From the sequence record MT884012.2: 44,700 bases of DNA; one strand, written 5' to 3'. Positions 17,676-27,187 of the stretch are shown piece after piece (positions within the stretch are counted from its first letter, which is position 1; each line of letters begins with the position of its first letter). The position numbers and the translations under genes are program-made. Source of the stretch: Escherichia phage vb_EcoS_bov11C2. Below the pieces are notes generated by a model that worked only from the letters and a program-made list of their open reading frames with translations, was not told the DNA's origin and did no database searches.

Positions 17676-20600
17676 CGATTGTCTATGATGTCACAGGCCA
17701 TAAAGGCGGCGGTGGCAAACAGCACACCCCACAGGAGACACCAGATAGCCTGCATTCGCTGGCTAAAATCCGCATCTTGCTTGCGCTGGGAGAAGGGGAG
17801 TTCGAAGGTATTCCAGACCCTAACGAATTACGGCGGCGCGTATATCTGGACGGAACACCGATCCAGAATGCAGACCTGTCTGAAAACTTCCCAGGCGCGC
17901 GTGTGGAGTTCCGCCCCGGAACACAGCACCAGGATGTGATCCACGGATTTTCAGCGGTGGAAAGTGAGCAATCTGTCGGCGTAAAACTGGAAAACGGCAC
18001 GCCGTGGGTGCGCCAGATTAACGACACCAGTTTGGACGCCGTGCGCATTCGCATCGGCATTCCGGCCCTGTACACAAACGAAGATAATGGCGACCTGGTG
18101 GGCGGGCGCATCGACTATAAGATCGTTGTGTATACGGATAACGCGGACCCGCGTGAGTTCAGATTCGCCGCCGTTGGTAAAACAATGTCGCTGTATGAGC
18201 GCGACCACCGCATCGAATTACCTCCGAACGTTAACACCGGCTGGCGCGTGGAGGTGCACCGCATAACGGCAGACTCCACATCGGCGAAAGTGGTTAATGA
18301 TATCCGGGTGCAGTCCATCACTGAGATTATTGACGCCCGCCTGCGTTACCCGCTAACCGCGCTGTTGTTTGTGGAGTTCGACGCCAAAGCGTTCCAGAAC
18401 ATCCCGCGCGTGTCCATCAAGTGCAAAGGCCGCAAAGTTCTAATACCGAACAACTACGATCCGATTAATCATACCTATTCCGGGGACTGGGACGGCACGT
18501 TTAAACGCGCATGGACGGATAACCCTGCGTGGCACTGGTACGATATTTGTATTACTGAGCGCTTCGGCCTCGGTCGGCGTATCAAACCGCAAATGTTAAA
18601 CCGGTACGCGCTCTACCAGATTGCGCAGCGCTGCGATCAGTTGGTCAGCGACGGCAACGGCGGTAGAGAAATCCGCTTTAAGAACGATATGTACATCCAG
18701 TCGCAGACAGACGCCTGGACCGTGCTTAAGGATTTAGCAGCTATCTTTGCCGGTATGACCTGGTGGGGAAACCAGATGTTGAATATCGTAAGTGACCAGC
18801 CGGTCGCAGCGGTATCGCACACTATCACCAACGCCTCGGTTATTGATGGCAGATTCGACTACGCGTCCGGTAGCCAGAAAACTCGGTATTCCACATTCGC
18901 GGTAGCATACGGCAACCCGAAGAACCACTATGAAGATGCCATTGCTACGGGTCAGCGTGTCGAACTGGTACGCCGCCATAAGATTAACCGTCTGGATATA
19001 ACGGCGATCGGCTGTACGCGTGAGTCAGAAGCGCAACGACGTGGGCACTGGGCGCTAATCTCCAACCAGCTTGACCAGCAAGTTAGCTTTAAGGTTGGCA
19101 TGGAGGGACTTTTCTTTATTCCGGGTAGCGTAGTCGCGATCGCCGATACAAACATTTCTGGCGGCTTCGAGACACGCGGCGGTCGCCTGTTGTCGGACCC
19201 TGGCACGCGGACGGTGCTGAACACAGACAGCGAAATCACGTTCCGCCCCGGTGATAAATTCCTGGTGCGCACCGATAGCGGAAATGTGGAGACTCGCGAG
19301 ATTGCCAGCGTCAACGGCAACAAGGTTACGCTAAAAACCGCACTGGATGCCGACCCGATCCCAGATCAACCGTTTTGCGTGGATGGCAACGATATCCAGT
19401 TGCAGAAATTCCGCATCACCGACCTGGAATATGACGACTCTACCAGCACTTTCTCGGTGCGCGGGATCGAGTACAACGATAGTAAATACGATGCCGTTGA
19501 TAATGGCGCTCGCCTTGATCCGGGCATCTTCACGCAAGTTCCTGATGGCGTAATGAAGGGGCCGGAATCCGTGACCATCACTCCGTCGCAGATTTCATCG
19601 CAAGGCCAGCTAATCACCAACGTGGATATTGTATTCCCGCCGGTGAAGGACGCCGTTGTGTATGAAATCCAGTGGCGACGCACCAGCTTGCAGAATATGG
19701 AAATCCAGTGGGGTAACGACTGGGTGAATATTCCGCGCACGGCGTCGAATGGCGCGCATATCCCAAACGTGTTTTCCGGTAACTATCAGGCACGCGTTCG
19801 CGCGATCGGTATGGGCGAGATTTCATCACCGTGGGTGTCGTCCGCTATCACGCCGGTGGAAGGTCGTCTCGGAGGTCTTAACGCACCTATCATCACCAAC
19901 GCGATTTCGGGCCTTCATCAAATTTTGTGGAAGTGGAACCACAACAACGCCGCGACGGATATCTCTTACACCGAGCTTGAAGTGCGCAAGACTGGTGAAA
20001 CGGAATGGAAGTTTCTTACAAACGTCCCATATCCGGGGGCGGAGTATGCCCAAACGTCGCTGGAGTTCGGGATCTATCAGCAGTTGCGCACCCGCGTAGC
20101 GGATAAAATCGGCAACCTGTCGGACTGGTCTGCCCCATTTGAAGGCCAGGTGAGTGACAAAGTTGACGAGTACATGAAGGGGCTTGACGACGAGTTCTTG
20201 ACTTCTGAGGATGGTAAACGCTTCCAGGAAGCGATCGACACCATTCCGCAAGGCATTTATGAAGCCATGCTCACCGACGCACAGCAATTGTTTAACGCCC
20301 GCACCGAGTACAAGGGTATTTATGCGGAAATCTCGGTCGCGTATAACGTGGCGGCGGACGCCCACAAGGCGGTCGCTCAACTGGAGACGTTGATCGGCAC
20401 GAGACTGGACGATGCTGAAGCGGCGATCCACACGCTGCAGACGGCGCAGAGTACGCACGAACAAGCGTTCGCCCAGTACCAACAAACTGTTGCCGCTAAG
20501 TTCGGGGAACAGGAAGCCGCCATCCAGCAGGTACAAACGGCGACTGCCGACGTAGCTGGCGCGCTGGCGGAGTATAAGACCCAGGTCGCGGCGCAGTTCG

Positions 20601-21118
20601 GGCAGCAGTCCGCAGCTATCGAGCAGAAGATGACGTCTTCGTTTAACCACGCTGGTGGTAGCGCCACTTACAGCCTTAAGGCTGGCGTGACGTATAACGG
20701 GACTTACTATGATGCGGGTATGCAGCTTTCCGTTGTGACGTCTGGCAACGCAGTTAAATCGCGTATTGCGTTCAAGGCGGACCAGTTCTACATCATGCAC
20801 CCATCTAATGGGTCGCTTTCGTCCGCGTTTATCGTAGACGGCGGGCAGGTGTACATCGACACGGCACGTATCAAGAACGCGTCAATCAACTTTGCGCAGA
20901 TCACGGACACGCTGCGGTCGAATAACTTCGTTGCGGGGTCGTCAGGGTGGAACCTGCCTAAATCTGGTAACGCGGAATTGAACAACGTAACGGTACGCGG
21001 CAACTTGTTCGCTACTACGGGGAACTTCGGATTCTCCGGCGGGTCCGTTACGATCGACTCAACGGGTGTTAACGTGCCATTACCTGGCGGGGGCAGGGTG
21101 AAAGTCGGGACGTGGTAA
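17672..21118 (+). CDS. tail tip / central fibre protein J-like
   Basis: 1148 aa, largest ORF after tape measure, follows the L/K/I-like genes, beta-rich C-terminal domains. Confidence 0.85.
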   Translation: MTIVYDVTGHKGGGGKQHTPQETPDSLHSLAKIRILLALGEGEFEGIPDPNELRRRVYLDGTPIQNADLSENFPGARVEFRPGTQHQDVIHGFSAVESEQSVGVKLENGTPWVRQINDTSLDAVRIRIGIPALYTNEDNGDLVGGRIDYKIVVYTDNADPREFRFAAVGKTMSLYERDHRIELPPNVNTGWRVEVHRITADSTSAKVVNDIRVQSITEIIDARLRYPLTALLFVEFDAKAFQNIPRVSIKCKGRKVLIPNNYDPINHTYSGDWDGTFKRAWTDNPAWHWYDICITERFGLGRRIKPQMLNRYALYQIAQRCDQLVSDGNGGREIRFKNDMYIQSQTDAWTVLKDLAAIFAGMTWWGNQMLNIVSDQPVAAVSHTITNASVIDGRFDYASGSQKTRYSTFAVAYGNPKNHYEDAIATGQRVELVRRHKINRLDITAIGCTRESEAQRRGHWALISNQLDQQVSFKVGMEGLFFIPGSVVAIADTNISGGFETRGGRLLSDPGTRTVLNTDSEITFRPGDKFLVRTDSGNVETREIASVNGNKVTLKTALDADPIPDQPFCVDGNDIQLQKFRITDLEYDDSTSTFSVRGIEYNDSKYDAVDNGARLDPGIFTQVPDGVMKGPESVTITPSQISSQGQLITNVDIVFPPVKDAVVYEIQWRRTSLQNMEIQWGNDWVNIPRTASNGAHIPNVFSGNYQARVRAIGMGEISSPWVSSAITPVEGRLGGLNAPIITNAISGLHQILWKWNHNNAATDISYTELEVRKTGETEWKFLTNVPYPGAEYAQTSLEFGIYQQLRTRVADKIGNLSDWSAPFEGQVSDKVDEYMKGLDDEFLTSEDGKRFQEAIDTIPQGIYEAMLTDAQQLFNARTEYKGIYAEISVAYNVAADAHKAVAQLETLIGTRLDDAEAAIHTLQTAQSTHEQAFAQYQQTVAAKFGEQEAAIQQVQTATADVAGALAEYKTQVAAQFGQQSAAIEQKMTSSFNHAGGSATYSLKAGVTYNGTYYDAGMQLSVVTSGNAVKSRIAFKADQFYIMHPSNGSLSSAFIVDGGQVYIDTARIKNASINFAQITDTLRSNNFVAGSSGWNLPKSGNAELNNVTVRGNLFATTGNFGFSGGSVTIDSTGVNVPLPGGGRVKVGTW

Positions 21119-21123
21119 ATGCG

Positions 21124-21147
21124 AAGGGGCCATATGGCCCCTTTTTT
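21124..21147. terminator. bidirectional intrinsic terminator
   Basis: AAGGGGCC-atat-GGCCCCTT then TTTTTT; between convergent J-like gene (ends 21118) and minus-strand gene (ends 21146). Confidence 0.7.
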
Positions 21148-22111
21148 AATACATGTTAGGGATGACGAGTAACGGGGTGGGTACGGTTATGTTGCGGTTA
21201 GGCATCTGGAATTGCTGCCGTGAGTAGTTACCAATCACGCGATTTCGAGCCGAGCTAACCACGTTGCCTGCCATGCGTATCCCGTTCATTCTCACGTGGT
21301 TGTATCCGCTGTTGTTCTCAATAAGCGCGCCGGTATATGAAAGCTGTACGAGGCTGTTACCGATATTCTGACCACCAGTGCCGATATTAATAACGGAATT
21401 GAGAACAAACGGCTTATTCACGGTAGAGAACGTGACCTGCCCCTGGTTGTTCGTCATGGTTATACCGGTCCCCGGTGATGGCGGCGTGTTATTGAAGATA
21501 ACCAAATCCAGGTCCACTTCGGCCCCTACGTCGTCGATCCCGCCATAAGACGAATTGCGGACGATGATATTACTGCCATCAAATCCTACCGACACGTTGC
21601 CATTATCCCAGCGCGCGAACGGGATACCGCCCACAGGCAAAGGCATACTACCGTTCACGTGCACGCGCTGCGCGTAGCGGCAGGTCATTAGCCGGGACAC
21701 GTTGGAAATCGCGGTGAAGTCTGTCGAGTTCGCCACCAGCAAGCCCGCATTGCGTGACCCCACCGGCAGCACTTCCATAATTATCCCCGCCCATTGAGGG
21801 AGGCCGCTGTAGGCGTTATACGCGTCCGCGCCTCGTAGAATAATTCCGCTATCCCCGTTGCGTTGTACCGACGTCACGTAGAACGGATCTGGAAGAACCA
21901 GCGTTTGGTCGAATACCTCAATCACTTCGACAGGGCGCGTGAGCGCAACGACAAGATCCGACCCAGGTGTTAGCGGGGTGTTAATGGTCAGCGTCTTGTC
22001 TGACTGGCAGCGTTGATCAAACGTAGTGCAGTATGACGGAGCGCGTAGACCGGCAGTTATCTCCATCACCGTCCTTCCGTCGTTGTAGTCTATAAGTATT
22101 CCAGCGCCCAT
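21146..22111 (-). CDS. beta-rich hypothetical protein, candidate receptor-binding protein
   Basis: ATG 22111 with RBS GGGAG (GTG 22120 alternative); Gly/Asn/Ser/Thr/Val-rich; opposite strand to tail genes, co-transcribed with the upstream lipoprotein gene. Confidence 0.55.
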   Translation of the reverse strand: MGAGILIDYNDGRTVMEITAGLRAPSYCTTFDQRCQSDKTLTINTPLTPGSDLVVALTRPVEVIEVFDQTLVLPDPFYVTSVQRNGDSGIILRGADAYNAYSGLPQWAGIIMEVLPVGSRNAGLLVANSTDFTAISNVSRLMTCRYAQRVHVNGSMPLPVGGIPFARWDNGNVSVGFDGSNIIVRNSSYGGIDDVGAEVDLDLVIFNNTPPSPGTGITMTNNQGQVTFSTVNKPFVLNSVINIGTGGQNIGNSLVQLSYTGALIENNSGYNHVRMNGIRMAGNVVSSARNRVIGNYSRQQFQMPNRNITVPTPLLVIPNMY

Positions 22112-22113
22112 AA

Positions 22114-22335
22114 TTACCACTCCCGAGATTTAACTGATACCGTACCAGAGAAGTTGCCGTCGCTATCCGCGGACAGGCCGGTGAAGCGCATATCCACATC
22201 TCCGGCAGGCACTTTTTGCCCATCGACGTAGCGCAACATGCAGCTACCGTAAGCTACCGTAATGCAATCGCCGTTGTTACGTTCTACCGCACAGCCGGAC
22301 AGAAGAACCGAACAAATCACAATTAATGTTTTCAT
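22114..22335 (-). CDS. small lipoprotein, candidate superinfection exclusion (Llp/Cor-like)
   Basis: ATG 22335 with RBS GGGAGA; signal peptide MKTLIVICSVLLSGC with lipobox L-S-G-C; mature part about 57 aa. Confidence 0.6.
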   Translation of the reverse strand: MKTLIVICSVLLSGCAVERNNGDCITVAYGSCMLRYVDGQKVPAGDVDMRFTGLSADSDGNFSGTVSVKSREW

Positions 22336-22415
22336 GTTATCATCTCCCATATTTGGTTGAGTTTTAGTATTGCACCGCTCAATCGAGAATGCAACCAATC
22401 TATGAGGATTTAGCT

Positions 22416-24032
22416 ATGGCAGCGGGTACTTTATCCGTAACGAATAACAGCAAGGCGGTTGTAGGGGTAGGCACAACGTTTACCGCGTTTAAAGCTGGCG
22501 ACTTCTTATCGCTGGTAGTGGGGCAAGTCCCTTACACTGTCGCTATTGCATCCGTAGAAAGCGACACGTCTCTTACGCTGGTGTTACCGTTCGACGGACC
22601 AACGGCAACCGGCCTAGCCTGGGACGGCGTTAAGCGCGATACCATGTCATTGGCAACGATGGGCGTTACCGTACAGGCACAAAAAGCATTGCGCTTGATG
22701 ATTGCAGATGAAAACAACTGGCGTGCAATCTTCGGCGACGCTGAAGAAATCACAGTGACGTTACCTAACGGGCAGGTTATGCAGGGCATGTCATGGGGCT
22801 ATCTGTCGCAGCTAATGAAGCAGATCGACCCTGTGGAGATGCGCAACCTGCAACAACAAGCAGCCGCATCGGAAGCAGCCGCGCAAGGATTTCGCAATGA
22901 GGCCGAAGGATTTCGCCATGAAGCCGAAGGATTCAAGGTGCAGAGCCTGGCAATCCTCAACAGCACGCAGGAGGTCCACGACGCCACCAGCACCATCAAG
23001 GACCAGACGAACCAGATCAAGACGGATACGCAGGCCATCAAGGACCAGACGAACCAGATCAAGACGGATACTGGCGTTATTCGAGATCAGGCCAATACAG
23101 CGAAGACGGACGCGCAAGCCGCCCGCGATGCCGCGCAGGGGTATCGGGATGAAGCCGAAGACTTCAAAAACGCGATCGACCCTACGCAATTCATGAAGAA
23201 GTCGCAGAACCTGGCAGACGTCGCAGATAAATCGTCGGCACGCGCTAATCTTGGTCTGGGGTCTGTAGCTACGGAGAACACCGTACCCATCGGGAAAGGC
23301 GGCACTGCGGCGACAACGGCAGCGGCAGCACGCGCTAATCTTGGCGTTGGTGATGATAGTAACGTTAAACACGCAACATTACGTCTGAATGGTGGGGAGT
23401 CATTAGTATTCGATGACGTCGAAAGAAACGGCTTAGTTCTGTCTAACGTATCGTATGGGATTGACAGTTGGGTAGGCTTCACCATGCACAAATGGTACGC
23501 CGACTGGGTGCGCGCAGGCATTGTTCGCGCTGCTAACACTCAAATGTCGGACTACCGGATTCATACGTGGAAGAACGGTGTTTCCGAGGCGCTATTCCGC
23601 TTCCTGCCGGACGGCAGGCTGATTCAGGGTAACAGCGGCAACCCTTCCGTAAATGAGTTTCAGAAAGCAGCGCTATCGGACCGCGACCTTAAAAAAGAAA
23701 TCCAATACACTGACGGCGAGGAAAGCTACAACCGCGTTCGTCAATGGCTTCCGGCAATGTTCAAGTATAAGGAGTCTGACGTACAGCGATACGGCCTTAT
23801 CGCACAGGACCTGGCAAGGATTGACCCAGAATATGTGCACTTGCTGCCGGGTTATGCCATTTATGAGGATATCAAGGGGGTGGACGAGGAAGGGAACGAA
23901 GTTGTAGTCGACCGAAAGGAGATCGGGTATACAGACGATGTGCTGTCGCTTGATAGTAACGTGTTGTTAATGGATCTGTGCGCCGCCTTCGTTCACCTGT
24001 TGCGGAAAGTGGAGAAGCTAGAAGGTAAATAA
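22416..24032 (+). CDS. side tail fibre with C-terminal self-cleaving chaperone domain (peptidase S74-like)
   Basis: ATG 22416 with RBS GAGGA; internal repeats (GFRNEAEGFRHEAEGFK; IKDQTNQIKTDT x2); C-terminal region with S-D-R-D-L-K (Ser...Lys at i+5) from 23676. Confidence 0.75.
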   Translation: MAAGTLSVTNNSKAVVGVGTTFTAFKAGDFLSLVVGQVPYTVAIASVESDTSLTLVLPFDGPTATGLAWDGVKRDTMSLATMGVTVQAQKALRLMIADENNWRAIFGDAEEITVTLPNGQVMQGMSWGYLSQLMKQIDPVEMRNLQQQAAASEAAAQGFRNEAEGFRHEAEGFKVQSLAILNSTQEVHDATSTIKDQTNQIKTDTQAIKDQTNQIKTDTGVIRDQANTAKTDAQAARDAAQGYRDEAEDFKNAIDPTQFMKKSQNLADVADKSSARANLGLGSVATENTVPIGKGGTAATTAAAARANLGVGDDSNVKHATLRLNGGESLVFDDVERNGLVLSNVSYGIDSWVGFTMHKWYADWVRAGIVRAANTQMSDYRIHTWKNGVSEALFRFLPDGRLIQGNSGNPSVNEFQKAALSDRDLKKEIQYTDGEESYNRVRQWLPAMFKYKESDVQRYGLIAQDLARIDPEYVHLLPGYAIYEDIKGVDEEGNEVVVDRKEIGYTDDVLSLDSNVLLMDLCAAFVHLLRKVEKLEGK

Positions 24033-24036
24033 GGCG

Positions 24037-24060
24037 AAGGGGCCGTATGGCCCCTTTTTT
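24037..24060. terminator. bidirectional intrinsic terminator
   Basis: GGGGCC-gtat-GGCCCC then TTTTTT; between convergent fibre gene and the last minus-strand early gene. Confidence 0.7.
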
Positions 24061-24634
24061 AGTTTGAGTTTTCCCAGTCCATTTTGCGCCGAACCAGCGG
24101 GCTTTCGTAATATTCCTTCCCCTCCACTTCCACTAAGGGCCAGTCGTTAACAATCACGTACGGTTCCGCAATATCCTCAATCACGCCGTGCGCGCCATGT
24201 TGTCCGAACGATACGCCCACCAGAATAACACCGGCAACGCGACGGGTCAGATATTCGCGAGCGCAACGGGCCTCGACCAGTCCCCGACGTATGCCGCTGG
24301 TGGCCTTAACCTCGTAGGTCCAGACGGCATCGATCACATGCTCGCGGAAGTCGGGGCCGGATTTAACCTTGCGCTTGCCGACCATGATAATATCGCCGCG
24401 GTCAATGGTGTTGGCGCTAAACAGGCCGGTACGCATAAGCAAACCTTGCGGGATGCAACTACGCCCGCCCGCCTGCCCCTCAAGGTACATTCCTGCAAAC
24501 ATTTCGCCCAACACACCGACCAGTCGGCTTTGCTTGCACGCGTCAGACTTTAAGCGCCATTGATCAAACTCGATGCTTGCTATCATTGCCGCCAGGTGGA
24601 ATTGTTTACCTGATATTTCATATTCGCCGTACAT
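24059..24634 (-). CDS. hypothetical protein, weak PD-(D/E)XK-like pattern
   Basis: RBS GAGGA 7 nt upstream; GDIIMV ... TYEVK spacing resembles a D...E-x-K nuclease core; unverified. Confidence 0.4.
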   Translation of the reverse strand: MYGEYEISGKQFHLAAMIASIEFDQWRLKSDACKQSRLVGVLGEMFAGMYLEGQAGGRSCIPQGLLMRTGLFSANTIDRGDIIMVGKRKVKSGPDFREHVIDAVWTYEVKATSGIRRGLVEARCAREYLTRRVAGVILVGVSFGQHGAHGVIEDIAEPYVIVNDWPLVEVEGKEYYESPLVRRKMDWENSN

Positions 24635-24676
24635 CGTGTGGTCCTCATTGATGCGGGCCGAAGCCCGCGATTAGAA

Positions 24677-25198
24677 TTATTTCAGTGCGCTACGTACCAG
24701 TGTTTTTTCCATGTTACGGAAGTCTTCCGGCGTCATAAGGATTTTGGATCCGTCTTCGCCAGTGAGCACGACCATAGGCTGAACGTCCTGGTCTACGACG
24801 CCGAAATTGGCGGCTTTGACTGTCATGCCCACCGATGCCGAAGGATGCCACGTCCCCGAGGTAGCGATGGGCCAACCTTTAAGGCTGTCGTATTGCGCTG
24901 CCGTTGTATCGACCTGAATCTCGTCGTGCACGGTCATGTACGACTCGCCCAGCAGGGCGGAATACGCTACCAGGTCGACGATATTGTCCTCCTGGTGCTT
25001 ACGGTGCTGACGAACCAGCTTCAGGCAGATCAGGAAGGTCCAGGCTTCTTGCTCGGTAAGATCGCGCCCGGTAAGCGCGTTAAACACGGCGGCTACCTGT
25101 TTAGCGCTGCGTTCTTCTTTCGCGTTGTCATAGCCGTTTTCTTTCCCGCGCTGTTCCATAGTGGTAGCGGCGTTTTTGCAGTATTCGTATGCTTTCAT
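24677..25198 (-). CDS. hypothetical protein
   Basis: ATG 25198 with RBS AAAGGA; downstream of the palindromic motif 25251-25272. Confidence 0.5.
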   Translation of the reverse strand: MKAYEYCKNAATTMEQRGKENGYDNAKEERSAKQVAAVFNALTGRDLTEQEAWTFLICLKLVRQHRKHQEDNIVDLVAYSALLGESYMTVHDEIQVDTTAAQYDSLKGWPIATSGTWHPSASVGMTVKAANFGVVDQDVQPMVVLTGEDGSKILMTPEDFRNMEKTLVRSALK

Positions 25199-25260
25199 GA
25201 TGTTTTCCTTTTTAGTGGAGGCGGTATTGCCCCCGACGTGATTAAGATACTGCAACCAAC

Positions 25261-25731
25261 CTATTGGTTGCAAGTAAATTTTGCAACGTTTATTGCGTAA
25301 ATTTTCGGGACTAAATCGCTGCACGCCCGACGAATTGCCGCGATGTTCTTCGGGCAGTCTTCAATGATGACCAGTTCCGATACGTCCGCATAGCAGACCA
25401 TTTTGAACACAGCGTACGCTTTAAACTCTGGCGGCGGGGTGTCGTCCAGCATGTGGCGCATGAACAACCGGCCTCTAGGGAATACTTCCAATTGCTCGGC
25501 TGTGGTGTCCCAGCATTCTCGCTGCCGGTTGGTCAGATACGCGATCTCGAAGCCTTGCTCTTTGTACATGGTCAGCAGCGGCAGCATATCCATGTTCAGA
25601 TCTTCGCGTATATGCGCTTTGTGCCACTTCGCCCAAAAGGTGGATTTTGTTTTTATGCCCGGAACCAGGTCGGCACGCGCATCGCTTGAACCGTTAATAA
25701 CGCCATCCAAATCGCAAATCAGTAATTTCAT
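25261..25731 (-). CDS. HAD-family phosphatase-like protein
   Basis: N-terminal LICDLDGVI (HAD motif I DxDG), RBS GAGGAG; 156 aa. Confidence 0.55.
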   Translation of the reverse strand: MKLLICDLDGVINGSSDARADLVPGIKTKSTFWAKWHKAHIREDLNMDMLPLLTMYKEQGFEIAYLTNRQRECWDTTAEQLEVFPRGRLFMRHMLDDTPPPEFKAYAVFKMVCYADVSELVIIEDCPKNIAAIRRACSDLVPKIYAINVAKFTCNQ

Positions 25732-25952
25732 TTCAACTCCTCGATCAGATTCATACGAACAACACGGGCCGAAAAAGCGTCACACACAAGATGACAACTG
25801 GCGGTCATTACAAGCCAGCCGGTAAGGTGCATGCCAAGCAATTGCTCCGGGCGACTGACCCGCCGCACTTTGTTCTCCCTCGGGTTAATTTGGTAGCGTT
25901 TAACAATTTCGTCCACGACGCGCATACTGCGGTCAACGACTAAGATATTCAT
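25728..25952 (-). CDS. hypothetical protein
   Basis: ATG 25952 in frame with track ORF 25728..25961; overlaps the Dam gene end by about 20 nt. Confidence 0.35.
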   Translation of the reverse strand: MNILVVDRSMRVVDEIVKRYQINPRENKVRRVSRPEQLLGMHLTGWLVMTASCHLVCDAFSARVVRMNLIEELK

Positions 25953-26418
25953 GTAGCTCACTCTCGCTCATTATTTCAATTTGTGCGCTGCCGATGGGTG
26001 GCGCTTCGTCAAAGATTATCAATTGCTGGCACTTGTTATTGCTCGGACCGACTTCGCCGGTGACAGCGTGAATGAATCTAATCCGCCAGTCCAGAAGAAT
26101 TATCAGGTTTGCAGTCTTCCGGGCAAGCCTCGCCCACTTCGTCGACGTGTCCTGATTCAGTAGCATGACAGTCCGGCGACCGTGCGCTGCGCATTCCACC
26201 CACGGCAGCGGGTCGGAATACGGCGGATTGCACCACTTCCACCCTTTCAACTCGGACCAGTCCACATCAAGCGCGCTGTGTTCCGCCGTGAAGTAACGCG
26301 GTAGCAGATGGTTTGCATCGCTTGCCGCCATATCGTAACGGAATCGGTACTTCCGACGAAGCGGTTTAAATAAAGCTGGCGGCGTGCGCCAGCTATCTTT
26401 TTGCTCACTCTTCTGCAT
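25933..26418 (-). CDS. DNA N6-adenine methyltransferase (phage Dam-like)
   Basis: WRTPPALF ... DMAASDANHL ... WCNPPYSD (NPPY catalytic motif); 161 aa, size typical of small phage Dam-type enzymes. Confidence 0.7.
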   Translation of the reverse strand: MQKSEQKDSWRTPPALFKPLRRKYRFRYDMAASDANHLLPRYFTAEHSALDVDWSELKGWKWCNPPYSDPLPWVECAAHGRRTVMLLNQDTSTKWARLARKTANLIILLDWRIRFIHAVTGEVGPSNNKCQQLIIFDEAPPIGSAQIEIMSESELHEYLSR

Positions 26419-26863
26419 GATCTGGACCTATTGCGTACAGGGCAATTTTCTTGTCGCTGGACAGAACGCGCCGGACTCGGGCCATATCCGCCGGACCCAG
26501 CGGTCGGCTATCGGAATAGTAGCTGCCGTTCGCACGCCACGCTATCAGCACCAGATCTTTCCGGTCGATCTTAGACTGGCGGCCCTTCGGGCGCACGTAT
26601 TCCTCGGCCCGTTTGCAATGCTCGCGCAGACCTTCGGCAGTGATGCGGTTTAGTGCAACGCTGGTTGTGTATCCGGTGCGCTGCATAATCCCCATCAATT
26701 CGAAAAGCAGTTCGAAGCGCTCCTCTAGCTCCTGGCGCACTTTCTTCTCACCTTCATATAGCGCCTGTTTGGTGTCCGCCAGCGCGTTCGCACGTTCGGC
26801 CTGTTCGCGGGCTTCGAGGCATTGCGCGGCCCAGTATGCTTTTTCTTCTTGTAAAATTTTCAT
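26405..26863 (-). CDS. hypothetical protein
   Basis: RBS GGAGA; 152 aa; coiled-coil-like N-terminus. Confidence 0.5.
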   Translation of the reverse strand: MKILQEEKAYWAAQCLEAREQAERANALADTKQALYEGEKKVRQELEERFELLFELMGIMQRTGYTTSVALNRITAEGLREHCKRAEEYVRPKGRQSKIDRKDLVLIAWRANGSYYSDSRPLGPADMARVRRVLSSDKKIALYAIGPDHAEE

Positions 26864-27106
26864 TTATTTAATCTCCGTAGTGCGAATCTCTTTGCGTGGA
26901 ATAAATTTGCCATCCATCTCCACCCAGCAGACTCCGTATCGCCATTGGGTATTACGTCCTGTTTGCTCGGCATATACGGTCTTGCATCCGTAGCGTTCCG
27001 TGTAGTAAATAGCAGCGGTAGGAACGCAAATACAAACGGCAAACATGAGGGTGAGGATCACCCAAAATCGAAGGTCGCCGTCGTAGTCGAAAAATAATGA
27101 TTTCAT
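26864..27106 (-). CDS. small membrane protein
   Basis: RBS GGAGA 8 nt upstream; one TM helix (FWVILTLMFAVCICVPTAAIYY); 80 aa. Confidence 0.5.
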   Translation of the reverse strand: MKSLFFDYDGDLRFWVILTLMFAVCICVPTAAIYYTERYGCKTVYAEQTGRNTQWRYGVCWVEMDGKFIPRKEIRTTEIK

Positions 27107-27125
27107 CGTGTTGTCTCCAGGTATT

Positions 27126-27151
27126 AAAAAGGGCGTCCAAACCGGACACCC
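27126..27151 (-). terminator. intrinsic terminator overlapping a promoter
   Basis: Minus strand forms an 8-bp stem (one G-U) then UUUUU; lies directly downstream of -10 TATATT (27154-27159) and -35 TTGCAT (27177-27182), which sit in a TGCAACCAAT pair (27161-27170, 27178-27187). Confidence 0.5.
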
Positions 27152-27187
27152 TCAATATAATGCAACCAATATTATTATGCAACCAAT

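Noticed and set aside
19826-20800. 324-aa minus-strand ORF
   Set aside because: Antisense within the J-like tail tip gene; Arg/Leu-rich composition typical of a reverse-frame read of a GC-rich gene.
24640-24676. GC hairpin GCGGGC-cgaa-GCCCGC between two minus-strand genes
   Set aside because: No U-run on either strand, so not called as a terminator; probably an intercistronic stem-loop of unknown significance.
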